Shown: positions 13,401-26,656, counted from the stretch's first letter. The stretch: 64,000 bases of DNA from Mytilus trossulus (GCF_036588685.1 NC_086378.1:9052001-9116000), one strand, 5' to 3'. Notes: generated by a model from the sequence alone, not told the origin. Program-made: numbers and translations.

Positions 13401-13995
13401 ACTGACCTATCAATGAATAAAACATTTAAATGTAGAGAAATGAGAAAAATCATAAAAATACCGAACTTCGAGGACCAATTAAAACGGAAATTTCGTAATC
13501 AAATAACAAAAAACAAAACCTAAATCTCATCTAACGAAAGGATAACAACTAGTATATTCTTGAATTGGTCAAGGCATTTTCGCAAGTAGGAAATGGTGGA
13601 TTAAATCTTTTATATCTAGTTTAACGTCTCACTCGAATGACAGTCGCTTCAAATTCCAGTATACTGACAACAATATGTGAACAAAAAAAAACCAGATATA
13701 ATAGGTAAAAATGTCACAAATAGGGGTACAGCATTCAAAATTGTGTTATAATCTTTATCACTTACTATATTATGTTGATATCGTTTTTATAAATTAAGAA
13801 TTTTGATTTTGTATTTTCCTGCTCGACAAAAGCTAAATTACATAAGTGAAGTAGTAAACACAACTTTATTAATGAAGCACCTTTATATGTTCTTATCTGT
13901 TTTTCTTTTCTTAGCTCTTAACACGGAATTTGGTTAAAAAGACAAGCAAATTAAAACAAAACACTAATACATACCAAGGTCCTGTTGATATGCAT
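10497..13995 (-). CDS. Tyrosinase-like secreted protein, paralog 2 (466 aa)
   Basis: Exons 13975-13995 (MHINRTL|gtatgt), 13050-13406, 12086-12198 (CuA: IHTGGNREHRGSAFLSWHR), 10497-11406 (PYWD; CuB ECYHASVH...FDPIFWCHHAFVD). All introns GT-AG; total 1401 nt, in frame. Confidence 0.93.
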
Positions 13996-14948
13996 CCTGC
14001 AACCTATTCAAGGGAAGATACCGATTGAATGACTTTAAGAAGTACATATTTTGATGAAATAGTTACATAATTATAATTATTTCTTATGTAAATTAAGTGA
14101 TGCACTGTTACATGTAAAAACAGGTCTGAGTTTGATCGACTAGATAAATACACAAAAGAATGCATTATTAGAAAAACAACAAACATCGGAAGAAAATGCA
14201 AATTTAAAAAAAATATTATCAGGATTTGCTTCAAAATTGTTCCTTTATACAATACCATGGGTAGCGAAATAATTTCTCATAAAAAATGAGGCAAAAGAAC
14301 GGAAAAAATACAAAAGGCATAATTAAACATAAGATATGATGAATAACAGACTACAGCATTTATAAATATCCTGGGATACTTGAAATGTTTTGAAAGCGTT
14401 TAAAATGTCGATAATCGAAGATACGTAACAAAGATCTCTGATAATTAATGACAATTTGATTAAAAGTTTGTCGAAAAATATTTGTAAAATAAAGTATCAA
14501 TTATTTTCAGGTGGTGAACATTCAAAATGACTAAACATAGAAGAGTTTAATTTAGTTTTAACAACATAATGAATGTTAACTGTGATTGATGAGTTTTAAA
14601 TTTAATATATATTGCAGAGAAAAACAATAAAATTTGTTGTTTTTTTGTAGCTTCACTGACTAAGCGTTTTACATGAACGTACTGGTGATATGTAAACTGT
14701 CACTATATCAAAGAATAGAATATTTATGCATATTCAAAAAACATATGCAATGACAATTGTGGTGCGACATCCTGCTGATATTCATATGTAAGCGTTTGTA
14801 ATATAATATTCTACTAAGCATTTGGAATGAAATAATCGAAAAGCAAATTATTATCGTGCGATTGGACTAACGAACTCTCCGTATCTTATTTGGCTTAGAT
14901 TCTGACTTTTGACAAATTCACTTTAATGATTTATTATATGCAGTTTAA

Positions 14949-15314
14949 AGGAGTTCGCTTCTCAGTTTCAAAATAATTAACTTTTCAAAACACTTGTTTA
15001 TATTGATAGAAGATTAATAGAATATAGGCCAATGTGCTTCTTTTTGATATATACGTCATTGAAATGTTGAACGGAAAGTATTCTCTCTTGACTTTTCATA
15101 GCTTTATTTTTAACAATTTTAAGTTTTCAAACAGTATTAAAAAATGATTAAAATGTTATAAGACGTTTGCAGATTGCTTATCATTATGCATGTAAAAGAT
15201 TTATAAAAAGAAAAGAAAGGGGTCAATGGGCAAATATATTAAGGCATTCAAATGGATAAAACCAGAGGATTCCGAAAATCTTACAAAAATCCCAAACATG
15301 ACAAGAGAACTTCT
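14949..15314. mobile_element. MITE, TTAA target-site duplication
   Basis: TTAA|AGGAGTTCGCT ... AGAGAACTTCT|TTAA. Confidence 0.65.
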
Positions 15315-15500
15315 TTAAAGAGCTAACAACTAGTGCGACCAACTAACCAACTTTATCAGTGTCTGAGCAGAGAGCTGATTATTAAGGGTAATGTCAAAGA
15401 AAGTTTCGTCCTTATTTATTAAAATAAATCATAAGAAGATGACAACAAGACCTTGCTGATAATTATTCCGTGTCAACTCCCTCATTGTCTTTTGCCATAG

Positions 15501-15845
15501 TTGTTATGTGACAAACAAATTTGTCCAGCTTTCCAATTGTTACATTTTCTTTGCTATGCAGCATCAATTAGCAGCGGCTGTGTACAATGTATATTACTCT
15601 AAGTTGATACGATTTTACAGGGCTTGCGTTTTCTATCATGCTATTTTTAATAGAGGGTTGCTGTTTACAAGGAAGCTATTAAACAAAGCGTCAAAATGAT
15701 GAAGTTGTAACATTCCTTCGTACTTATTTTACGGGCATTATTTTATTGATCGTAGTAAATATATACCAGTTTATAACTTGACAAAACAAATGTTCCAATA
15801 ATCGAAATCATAATCCAATCATTTTTTCCTTGAATTTGACCTAAA
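15501..15845 (+). mobile_element. Degenerate Penelope-like retroelement RT C-terminal fragment
   Basis: Frameshifted SFPIVTFSLLCS / AAAVYNVYYSKLIRFYRAC..RGLLFTRKLLN resembles, from memory, the FPIVNFP.L.SNIP..PAYGVYISQLIRY.RAC thumb region of abundant mollusc Penelope-like RTs. Confidence 0.6.
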
Positions 15846-15877
15846 ACAAATATAATTGTGCTAAAATAGTTGCAGGA

Positions 15878-16015
15878 ATATGATTCAATCGACATTCAGT
15901 ATGTTAAATTGAATAAAATTATGCATAATTACATGTATCAATCAGTGTTGTTTTGATTTACTAGGTGATGAACACGAGAAATTACAATTTAAAAGACAAA
16001 ATCGATGAGAGGAAA
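15878..16015 (-). promoter_or_regulatory. Orphan copy of the conserved upstream element (no exon 1)
   Basis: tatgattcaatcgacattcagtatgttaa..catgtatcaatcagtgttgttttgatttactagg aligns with the paralog 1 upstream region 4475-4610. Confidence 0.6.
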
Positions 16016-16571
16016 CCTTTTTATTAAAAAGTTATCTCTTAAAATTATTTGGTGTTCTAATGTTTATTTTTCGACATGTACATGTATATCTATAGCATGA
16101 AAGATAGATTAAATAAAAAAAAGTAGTTGCTAAAAATCATCAAAACTCTTGTGAAACTTCTTTTTAGAAAACTTTGTGAACGTATTACAACCGGTTCTTT
16201 AAAGTTGATAAATTTTGCTGTCAATCATATCCTCTAGCGCATTGATATCCATTCGTTCCGTGAAGTCACAAATTATTCAGAGTCTACCAACTAAACCGTT
16301 TTATTGCACTCGATATTTAAATTATTTGTTTATGTTATTGTTTTAAATTTTCCCGATCGGATAGTTATTATCGAGATAATGTGGTGAAATCTGCATATCC
16401 CAAAGACTTAATCCAATTTCGCGCTGATGAAATCGATTAATAGACAAAGAATAGTACACAAAACACAACATGATTTCCTTTTGGGATGAAACAGAAAAAC
16501 TAGATATCCCATTTATGGTATCTATTACACAGCATTACAAGGGCATGTTGATAAGCAATATATTTACCATT

Positions 16572-17240
16572 CAGGGGCATTACTTAAACAAGTAACAATT
16601 AAAATTACCTATACAAGTAATGTTGAAAACGAGGCTAATCAAAATATATTTTCTGAATATTATTTTATAGGTGTAGAATAATACAGATTTTACAAGCTTT
16701 AAATAATTTTTACAGTCATCTGGTTATTTTCCCTTGATATATAAAAACTAATTCTTCCAAAACACTAATTAACTGACGCACTTATCTTTCATACCGACGC
16801 TTTTGGGTCAAAGATTGGTCTCTTGGGACTATTAAATTATCATTTTCCTCTAAAATCTTGAAAGTAGAATGATATGAATAGATAGATACTTGTGAATTAA
16901 TTAAGACCTGACGTTATTTATAATTTGTAACCCAAATCAATTACATATGTGCCTTAGATAAGTGTTATTGCTATTTTCTTCAAAAAAGTATAAAATAACT
17001 TATTCAAGTAATATTTTTGTCATTATTTTTTAAGTAACCTTTTATCTCTATACTCCTCTCAAATCTGATAAACTCTTTATTTCATGATATAAAATGTTGT
17101 TTAAAATAATGAAAACTATATTTAGTGTATGTTTCTATTGAAAATTAAAATAACTCTTTTAAGTAATTTTATTTTTTTTTAAAACAAAAATTACTTACAT
17201 AAGTAATTAAAAAAAATAACTTGTTTAAGTAACGCCCCTG
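16572..17240. mobile_element. MITE with hAT-like 22-bp TIRs
   Basis: CAGGGGCATTACTTAAACAAGT ... ACTTGTTTAAGTAACGCCCCTG (21/22 match); no clean TSD. Confidence 0.7.
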
Positions 17241-18221
17241 ACTGTTTACAGTAAAGCACGAGGTCTTATCTTAATTCATGGTTTGTATTCTTTATTTTTT
17301 TTTTATGAAAACACGGTGAAATATATGAGTAAATAGATGAAGATAAATTTAGAAAAGGTCTTTCGACTCACAAATGTTTCTAGTGTTTTGCAGTACAAAA
17401 TATGAATGTGTTGTTGTATCTATATACTTTAATTAAATACGTACTCTACAAAACCGTTTTATGATATTTTATTAATGTCAATATAATATATAAAAATCAA
17501 TGTTGAATTTATGTTACTTCTATATATTTTACCATCCATAAAATTAAAATTGAACAGTCTAAATAGCCATGTAGTTATTTATCACTTTTCGACTTGTTAA
17601 AGGTGGCCTGATATCATTTGCCTCATCAAGTTTTCGCTTTAAGATCATTTACAGTCAGTCTGTTGATTTGTTTTAATACATTTAACTTTATTTCAGAAAA
17701 TTACACTTTCAGCACATTGCACAATAATAAATTTATAAAGAAATATCAATTATCTCTTTAGTTCTTAAAATGAAATCATGTTTAATGATTTACGGTAATA
17801 CGGAAGAAAATGTTTCAACGTGATAACATAAAACAGTCTTATTTGATTGAAGAGTTTTTAAAGTTAACCTTTGTGTAGAACAAACACACTTTTTAAAAGG
17901 TCAAATGACAGTAAATGGGCTATGTTTCAGAATCTGGTATAATTTTGCATACAATCTTGGCTCGTTGAACTACAATAGAAAATCGAAAAAAATCAGGCAT
18001 TTTTCTTTTTGACTTTCGTAAATAATGCTGCTTGATTTTTTTTTAAATTGGTGGAAATTGGTATAAAAACACATAAAATCAGCGAAAAACTTTCCAAATT
18101 TTGACTTAAAATCATCAAATCTCTAATTCTACGTTATAGATTTTCTTGAAAACTATATGTTGTTGATGCATAAATTTCCATTATAATGGAAGGAATATGT
18201 GACGGTAGATATAGGAAAATG

Positions 18222-18600
18222 TAAAATTAAAAAAATACTGACCTTCAAGGAAAATTCAAATCGGAAAGTTCATTATCAAATGGCAAAATCAAATAATAAA
18301 ACACATCAATCGAATTGACAACAACTGTCATATTCCTGACTTGGTAAGTACATTTTCAAATGTAGAAAATAGTGGAATAAACCTGGTTTTATAGCACTTA
18401 ACCTATCACTTGTAAGACAGTCGCATCAAATTTTATAATATTTACAACGATGCGTGAACAAAACTGGCATAATAGGTAAAATATTCATAATATGGGTACA
18501 GCTGTCATCACTGTGCCACATTATTAAAACAAATAAATATTCAACAAAAAAGCACAAAAAGCATCTATCAAACTTAAAAACCACATGTATTAATTCACGT
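18222..18600. repeat. Interspersed repeat family C copy
   Basis: atggcaaaatcaaa..aactgtcatattcctgacttggta..aaatgtagaaaat block; also at ~398-668, 13440-13760, 25545-25910, 33500-33690, 55843-55960 and 60568-60752. Confidence 0.75.
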
Positions 18601-18775
18601 GTTTGACATCATAAAATGTACACATTATATATGAAGAAATATAAAACAATTTTGCCTTTTAATGTTGGTTTCTTTAAATCAAAACGAAACTCTCAACTTT
18701 CATAACTCCATAAGATTGTACTATTATTCCAGTGATACAAATTAGACATATACTCTTTGTTTTGATGAACTGTTT

Positions 18776-21700
18776 TTAAACATCATAAATAGATGTTCCA
18801 CGAGCGTATGGATCGATTTGATTTATCTGAAACAATTTAAGGGGAGAGCAAGCCGGAAAATCTTGTAAAACTGCTTGCTCTATTATTTGTAATGAGGTTA
18901 TTGTTGCAGTAATATTTTCATTAACTCTAGGATTCGTACCAACATCACATAGGGAAGTCCTGTCTTGAGCATATCGTGCGTCATGTACTCTCTCCGTAGA
19001 GATACATATGTCTCTATTTCTGTCACAATACAGAGCTGGGCTATTTGAACAATGGTTTTGACATGATGGCGCGGGTGCATATCGTCGAAGACGGGCATAT
19101 ATATTACTGTAACCTTCTCTATTTGTTAATGGTGGATTTGGTCGGTATCTGTAATTACTAAGGTTCATTAGACCCTCTGAAGGATGCAACGTAAAACCTA
19201 AAGGATAATCTGCAGGGGCATTTCCTATGCGTCTTCTGAATAATTCCCAAACATAGTCAACAAAACAATGATGACACCAAAACATAGGATCAAATGCAGC
19301 AGTAGTCCTGCCTGCCATTGTTCCGTCTACCCAACGGTGAACAATGTTGTGATAGCCTTCAACAAAATACCTCCTTTGGTCATCTTGTACAATCTGACTA
19401 TGGCTTGTTCTTGATAGAACAGCCGCAATTGCGTTTTTGGAAGTAAGACCTCCTTTTGCACCAATACAACGGATAATTCGTTTACCGGTTAAGTTTGCAA
19501 ACAAATCTTCGGTAACATAACCAAACGGTGTCTCAAAATATTTGTTCGAAAATATAGAAGTCCTATTCTGTCGATTTCCCATGGCTTGATCTAATGAGGA
19601 GTCCCAAGATGGAACAGTTACATCTCGTCCCAAAACTGTTTGTAATGCTGCTTCATACCTGTGAACAAAAGATAGCAAGGATTTAAATTGTATGACTTCT
19701 TATAAAAAGAGTATATTAAAAAATAAAATAAAATAAACTACAGACACTTACTTTTTACTTATAATTATGTTGTTATTTGAGTTTACATATGTATACAAAA
19801 AATACTATGTTGGTCGCTTATTGCACAAGACATAAGTTAAAGTAACTCTAATCCAGGTTTACCCAACCATTTTCTCCACCACTCACACAGAAGACATACT
19901 ATACCACTGACTCAAAAATTCAATCAAATACATATCTGCCCAATAAAATGTGTAGTTGATAGTACATATGGTATATTACCACCATATGTCATACCAATTT
20001 CCTTATAGCTATAGAGTACTCATGAAGCTATATATCAAAACAAGACTATAGAAAATAAAAACTACAGTATACAAATCGCGCTTCTAAACCAGATAAACTC
20101 TAAATTTGAATGTAAACAAAGCAAGACACTAAGAGTAATACGACCAAAGAAATATAATAGTACCACGATAAATAAAAGAAAAACTGTACCATAGATAAAA
20201 GGATATGTTACGTAAGTACCTGGAGGTAAAATAACAAAAATGCAATAAAATCAACTTAACATGAGCTTACAGCAGTAAATAAATTCTGTGCCATGAGAAA
20301 AAAGCTGGCCCTCTATGTTCTCGATCACTACCTGTATGGATGCTGGCAATGATGTCATAGGTATTCATATCTGGGCGAACACCCTGAATTTTTTAAGATA
20401 TGCAGTTATTGATCCGCGTGAGTTCTAGTCTGACTGTTTTATTCGAACATATTTTTTGTTTCCAATGTTAACGGTTGCTTTACTTCAGTAATCAATGAAT
20501 TTAAGTAGAGATTTTGCTGTGACAAGGGCATAGTTATATCCGCGATGATACACTATGCATTGTGTATCGGAAATAAATCATCAATGGGACATTTGCTTTA
20601 TAGTTAAAGCCTTTTATTTCTAACTTATCATCACTTTTATACAGTTTTTGCTTTTGAGGCACTTTTCTAGAAGGACCTCGACCAAGGAAACTCCAGGCTT
20701 ACATTTGGGATCCAAGAATGTTTAAATAGCTGAATGTATAAATAGCTGAATGTATAAATACATGAATGTATAAATACCTGAATGTATAAATACCTGAATG
20801 ATTCAAAACATATATTGTTCAGACTGGACATTAAAACAAATAGCTTTTCACTAAATATTCATCTTCATGACGTTAAAATATATAATAAGACGGAGACGAT
20901 AAACAGACAACAAGTCTTTGACAAACTACAATTATACATACAAAATGATTTTTTAGCCTTCGTACAGCAAATGCATAACGAAGAAAGTTGTTTTCGTATG
21001 GTTCTGTTCTAACTTCCCGTCTTACTGGTACGAAAACCGATTGTCGTCTTTTCCGAGATTGAGCAACTGTATCTGCATCACTCTTAACCTTTCTCCATAA
21101 TGCATTTAGGAAATTTTTGGAACTTGTATCATTCAGCGTCTCTGCTGCCGGTAGTAGAAATTTTTTAAAACACATTTTATTGATCCCTCTCATAAAACAG
21201 TCCGTTTTGTATATGTGATTAGTTGAATTTATTTGAAGGGTCAAATTATCTGTCATAATGTTTGGAAGAACCGCAATCAGAAGTAAAGTCAAAAATAAAG
21301 TGATCTAAAAATAGATAAAGCATGTTAATGAATGAAATGATGGGAAATGATAACTATAACAATCTGTAAAGTATATAAAAAAAAAAAAATCCAGGTTATT
21401 GTTATATGTAGTGTTCTACTGTGGATTCGTGTGTACCAATTTTCGTGGATTTATGAAAACTTGCATTTTTGTGGATCTAAATGTTGTGGTTTTTTTTTCA
21501 AATTCTGCATACATTCCGTCAGAAAATTGTGGTTCATTGAACATTTAAATTCGTGGTTCTGCTGTCCACACGAAATCCACGAAAATTGTTATCCAAATGT
21601 AATAAATTAAGTTTTCGATTAAATGATTTTTTTTATGTACATGTTATCACAGTTACATTTTTTATGTAGATTAAAATCACTAGAACTTTTGACCGTAACA

Positions 21701-23297
21701 AATATCTTAAATATTATTTTTAGATTGTTTTGGAAAATTTCAGTTATATTTTATGGTTACTGGTAAATTGTTAACACTAACTAAAGCATGGGATAAATTT
21801 ATGTTTTACTAAGGTTGGTTAAAAACGTATTAAATACTTTTTGAATGAAGGTAATGCAATTTGAAAAAAATATTGAATGCCATCTTGTTTTGTAAAATAA
21901 AGAATTAAATATTATACAATTTTCATAGCAATTCTTGATAACGTTTTAAAAAAGAATTAATCATAAGTTCCAGTGAAAATTTAAGTTGATTACTCGAGTG
22001 TTGTCAACCTTTAAGAGATGGCATAAAGGAAGCCTTTTAATACAGTTAAATTACCTCAATACATGTGTTTTTACAGGTTAAATGAAACCCCCATTAATCT
22101 TAAAATCGTGTATTATTTATCTAGATACTTTAAAGTTTTAAAGAGTGGTGTTTAATTTTCAATTGATTTTATACTAAAACAATATTAGGCTCTGACCAGG
22201 TGTTATGTTATCACTGAGTGTGCCTTAGAAGAGAATATTTTACTGAACACAACAAATGAAAGTTTTTAACGACCTTGACTGGCAATACATTTATTAACTA
22301 TAGAAGAACAATTTAAATCATTTCTTCAATTTATATCCATTTCAGATTTATATATTGTTATCTATTCCTGTGATTTTCCTATCGATATCGTATGTTACCT
22401 TGAAACCTTTGTTTTAATTTAAAAATTTATTTGACTTATTTTTTTCTGAAGAATGCCAAACAAGAAGCATCTTTAATTGTTTTTTAATCATCAGTACATG
22501 TTGCGGTTTTTTTTAAAGACTCATAATCTAAATCTAGATAATTTGACCATCTCGATTTGATAACTCTGATAATTATGTAAGGACGTAAATCTGTTTTTTT
22601 ATATGACTTTACTTTTTTTGACTCTAGACATGACAGTTAAAAAGAAATTCATTAAAACATTTAAAATAAAGAAAAATCTAGAGGTTATAAGTTCAAGTAT
22701 GTTTCAGCACTGTTAAGTAATCGTTTAGACTATTTTCAATGGCAAAGATAATGATCAAGTACAAATCAGTCCAGTCGAGAATGATTTGAAAATATCGATT
22801 AAATTAAAACAAATTCTTACTGGTCAGGCTTAAATCAGAACAGTCAAATGAAAATATAGACCATTTCAGACATGAACTGAATGAAGGGTATGTTCGACGA
22901 TATTTGTATATAATGAAGTACTAATTTAATTATTTACATTTTTTCCTTTTGTCTTCTTTTCATAGCTACAACTACAAAAATGAGTTTTCATGTAATCAAT
23001 TAAAAAGGAAATAAGGCTTAATCAGATTTCAGCTATTAAAATCTCGGTTATCGATTATAAGATTATAAATTATAAGCAATAATCGATACTTATGATAAGC
23101 ATATCCTCTATAAAGTATGAGATCAGTCTGTTTGCAGAGTAAGCGTCTTCTTGTATTCTCGAATCACCAAAGCTTTGTGAATCTCTATTCAGCCAACATG
23201 TCAGAATTGGGAGTAGAACACACTCGATAAAATTACAAATCATACGACTGTACTAGTAAAACTTAATAACACCTACCAATGTCTCGTTGATATACAT
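18776..23297 (-). CDS. Tyrosinase-like secreted protein, paralog 3 (459 aa)
   Basis: Exons 23277-23297 (MYINETL|gtaggt), 20942-21304 (RKRR furin site), 20271-20383 (IHTGSDREHRGPAFFSWHR), 18776-19658 (EGYHNIVHRW...FDPMFWCHH). Total 1380 nt, in frame. Confidence 0.92.
20723..20800. repeat. 16-bp minisatellite x5
   Basis: (taaatasctgaatgta)n. Confidence 0.85.
21418..21600. mobile_element. Partial TA-type MITE in paralog 3 intron 1
   Basis: TACTGTGGATTC start; internal inverted repeat aattttcgtggattt / aaatccacgaaaatt; right end not found. Confidence 0.45.
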
Positions 23298-23464
23298 CTC
23301 GTTACCAATGCTGTGGAAAATCCCGAACAATGACTTTTAAATGGAAAAAAATTGTTAAAATATGGACATTGCTTACATTTACTTTATGTGAACTTTGGTC
23401 TCATTGGCAATCATACCACATCTCCTTTCCTTTGTATGCATAATTATCATTTATTCATTAGTAT

Positions 23465-23525
23465 ATGTATCAATCCGTCTGGTTTTGATTGACTAGCTAA
23501 ATGGGGTGCAAACTAGAATCCACAA
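23465..23525 (-). promoter_or_regulatory. Conserved upstream element of the tyrosinase paralogs (copy before paralog 3)
   Basis: atgtatcaatccgtctggttttgattgactag; homologous blocks lie 120-200 bp upstream of every ATG (4524-4580, 14111-14170, 37681-37735, 57351-57410). Regulatory function is inferred. Confidence 0.6.
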
Positions 23526-24764
23526 TAAGGATACTCTTATACTTTTGATGAAGAATATATTTGTTGACATTTTACCACTTTGCAGAATTTGAAGCGAATA
23601 GTTTTATTTTATATACATATATCTCTCATATTATTCTATAATAGCCGAATAAACAATACTCATCAACCAATATTAATAGGTAAATACACCCTAAACCGTT
23701 TTGAAAACATTTTTTTTTATAAGGGTAATGTGTTGTAAGAGGCGGTATTCATAATGTAATTGGTATATTTTATTCTGTATACATTTCAACCATTAATGAC
23801 CGTTCTGATAACAGTTGTAATCCATATTCATTTGCAACACTGCATTCAAAGTGTTCGTTTTAGACATCATAAATCAACGAGTATTAGTGATTTTTTTCTG
23901 TTTTGATCATTTTATTTTATGTGCTATACTTGAAAAAACATTTAAAAATAAAATTCCTATTTGAAAAGAAAGGAGATATAATATTTTTGAGACAACTATC
24001 TACCGGAAACATGAAAGTTTACAACAGTAGTTCACCGAACAGCCTTTGATTATGATCATATGAAAATATGTCGTATATGATAATATTATTTTTCATAACA
24101 TCTTTATTTTTCCTTGACTAAGGCGTTGATTTGAGGCTAAATAACCGAGAGGAAAACAAGATAATATAGACATAACGTATAAATCTTCATCTTTAACGGT
24201 CAAAAGCCATGTCATTTCTTGGCCTTAAGTCAATCATATCGTGTGGGTTATGGAACTCCTTGAGAAGATGGACAACAATTAGTATAGGTTTAAACTGATA
24301 TTTACAGCCTCCGTCTTAAAAACTTTAATAACGGAAAATACCGTAATCACGAATAGAAAGCAGGTATAAAGTTCCAGAGAACAAATAACAGACAAAGTCT
24401 CTAGGGTCGACACATATAATTACCGAAAGTAATGTTTTTCTCATCATATTACGCCACATTATATTAATATGCCAATACACCTTGAGACAATGATCAACTC
24501 AACAGTAAAGTTCGCTGAAACTCAAACATGATACTTTGATAAAAGGCATCGTTTGCAAAATGTGTTTGCATACTCATGATCATTTATAAATACATATAAA
24601 AATGATTCAGGAAAAGGACGTATAAAACAGATATTGCCGAGGTCAATAAAATGTTGATTGTACCGGTAACTTAATCTTCTAAACTGCATAAATGTTTTTG
24701 GAAAAAGTTAAAGGTTATGTCATGAATGTGTTTCCTATCCAAATCTATTTTTTTACGTTTTAGA

Positions 24765-24986
24765 TTTTCCACAATTTCATGTGGTTTTTACTTATTATAC
24801 ATTCTGATCTACATTTACATTGTCTATCATTGCCAGACTGATTGATACATGTGATAATGAGTTATTTTATTTGGGTATTATTTAATCATAATAATGTTCC
24901 TGTCTCAACAAAATATGTACTTTAACATGTGCAGGGTCTGTCCTAGAATTGGCAGTAAGATGGATATCATCATCTCGTTGGAAGGT
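24765..24986 (+). pseudogene. Inverted remnant of a tyrosinase-like gene 5' end (upstream element plus exon 1 with dead donor)
   Basis: gtaagATG GAT ATC ATC ATC TCG TTG gaaggt (24960-24986) matches the 21-nt exon 1 with GT changed to GA. It is preceded by ccagactgattgatacatgt and catgtggttttt blocks that match the paralog upstream regions. Confidence 0.7.
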
Positions 24987-26154
24987 ATTGTTTTTGAATT
25001 TATTTTAAAAAAGAACGAACTTTATTTTATAATTAGTTTATCAAATATCACTATACAATTTAAATTTTGGCATGAAAACTATATGTAAAAGAAGAGGGAC
25101 GAAAGATACCAAAGGGACAGTCAAACTCGTAAATCTTGTAACTCGTAACTTTTAACTGCTAGAGTGCGGGAGGGCAAGATCTGTACAATAAATGTAGTGG
25201 CATTAAACAACTCATTGGAATAATAACATAATTTTCTAAACTGTTTTCCGTTTTTCATGAAGAGTTGTTGTTTAACTATTGCAGCTTGCAAGGGAGAGGA
25301 TCAGCCTAACATAACGATTTGCTTTCATCCGTCTTGTTCATTAATTAATTATCGGGTTTCTCGGACTTAACCTGATCAGACAATACTGGGAATTTACTTT
25401 GAACTCATTACGATTTTGACAGAACATATATAATCAGCTGATTGCAACATATAGCTGGAAGTAATAAAGCACTAATTAATAAAGGTGTTGATTGCATTGT
25501 TTGATAAAATGGTATAGTTAAATGGCGTCCGTCTCATGTCATATAAATAAAGGCAACAGCAGTATATCGCTGTTCAAAACTCATAAATCCATGGACAAAA
25601 ACAAAATCGGGGTAACAAACTAAAATCGAGGGAAACGCATTAAATATAAGGGGAGAACAACGACATAACACTAAAATGTAACACAAACAGAAACGGACCG
25701 AGCATCAGAAAATATCCCACGATAATAACAAATATAACATCAAAACCAAATACATGAATTTATGATAGACATGTTCCGTGACACGTCTTATCGCAACGTG
25801 AATTCACACTCAAAAATTAGAGAAAACAAACAACACAACGTTAAAATGTAATACACACAGGAACGAACTATAATATAACAACGGCCATATTCCGGACTTG
25901 GTACAGGGCCTATGAAGGATGTATTGACCATTTTGCGCACGTGTTTGAAGCAAACTTTTGACATCTCCTCTCATTCTATAAACAATCGATTGTCCGGAGA
26001 AAAAACTGTAATGACTGAATATGTTCCAAAGCAAGAAAAATCTCCGACTTAACACTGAAACTTTCAACTTTGATATAGATCGTTCATTTAGGAGTCCGTA
26101 AAAGAAAACTGTTTTTATAAGGAGGTGGCGGTAAAAAATTGACCCATGGGAATA

Positions 26155-26612
26155 CTGTCAGAGGGACATTTAAACTCATGGATCGAAAATAAACTGACAA
26201 CGCCATCGCTAAAAAAAGATAAATATATTAGAACACAAAACCCAACATAGAAATCAAAAGACTTAGCAACACGATCCCCACCAAAAAATGTAAGTGATCT
26301 CATGATCAGGTGCTCCAGAAGGGTAGGTAGATCCAGCTTCACATGTATCACCCATCGTGTTGCTCATGTTATTACAAACACGACAAATAGTCTTATTCGG
26401 TAGGTCACATAAATGAAAAGGGAACGGGATGGGAGTAAAGACATAAGGATCATATCTGTTATCACAGATCTGTGAAACCTACATAAAGATGATTTCAGCT
26501 TCAGCACTTGGAACTCGTTACTGAACAGCTTCTTTGTGATAGGAAATACTAGTCCTAGAATGAACTGAAAGATAAATACTCCGTATGTATACGCTGCTAG
26601 AATATGGAACAC
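26155..26612 (-). mobile_element. Penelope-like RT C-terminal fragment plus its 3' non-coding region (repeat family E)
   Basis: AAYTYGVFIFQ..ITKKLFSNEFQVLKLKSSLCRF, followed by the cccttctggagcacctga..ggggatcgtgttgct block also seen at 1-130, 27833-27945, 40083-40415, 47985-48180 and 51151-51390. Confidence 0.6.
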
Positions 26613-26656
26613 ATTTCAAAGATGTTAGTTGAAAAAGATCACGCCTTTTTGCATGT

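Noticed and set aside
13096-13416. Plus-strand ORFs conserved at 13096, 34363 and 54959 (MxSYGxAL..)
   Set aside because: They are antisense shadows of tyrosinase exon 2; their similarity is explained by the minus-strand coding sequence.
14135-14160. Conserved upstream element as a 5' UTR splice acceptor
   Set aside because: The AG is replaced by TG in paralogs 1 and 4.
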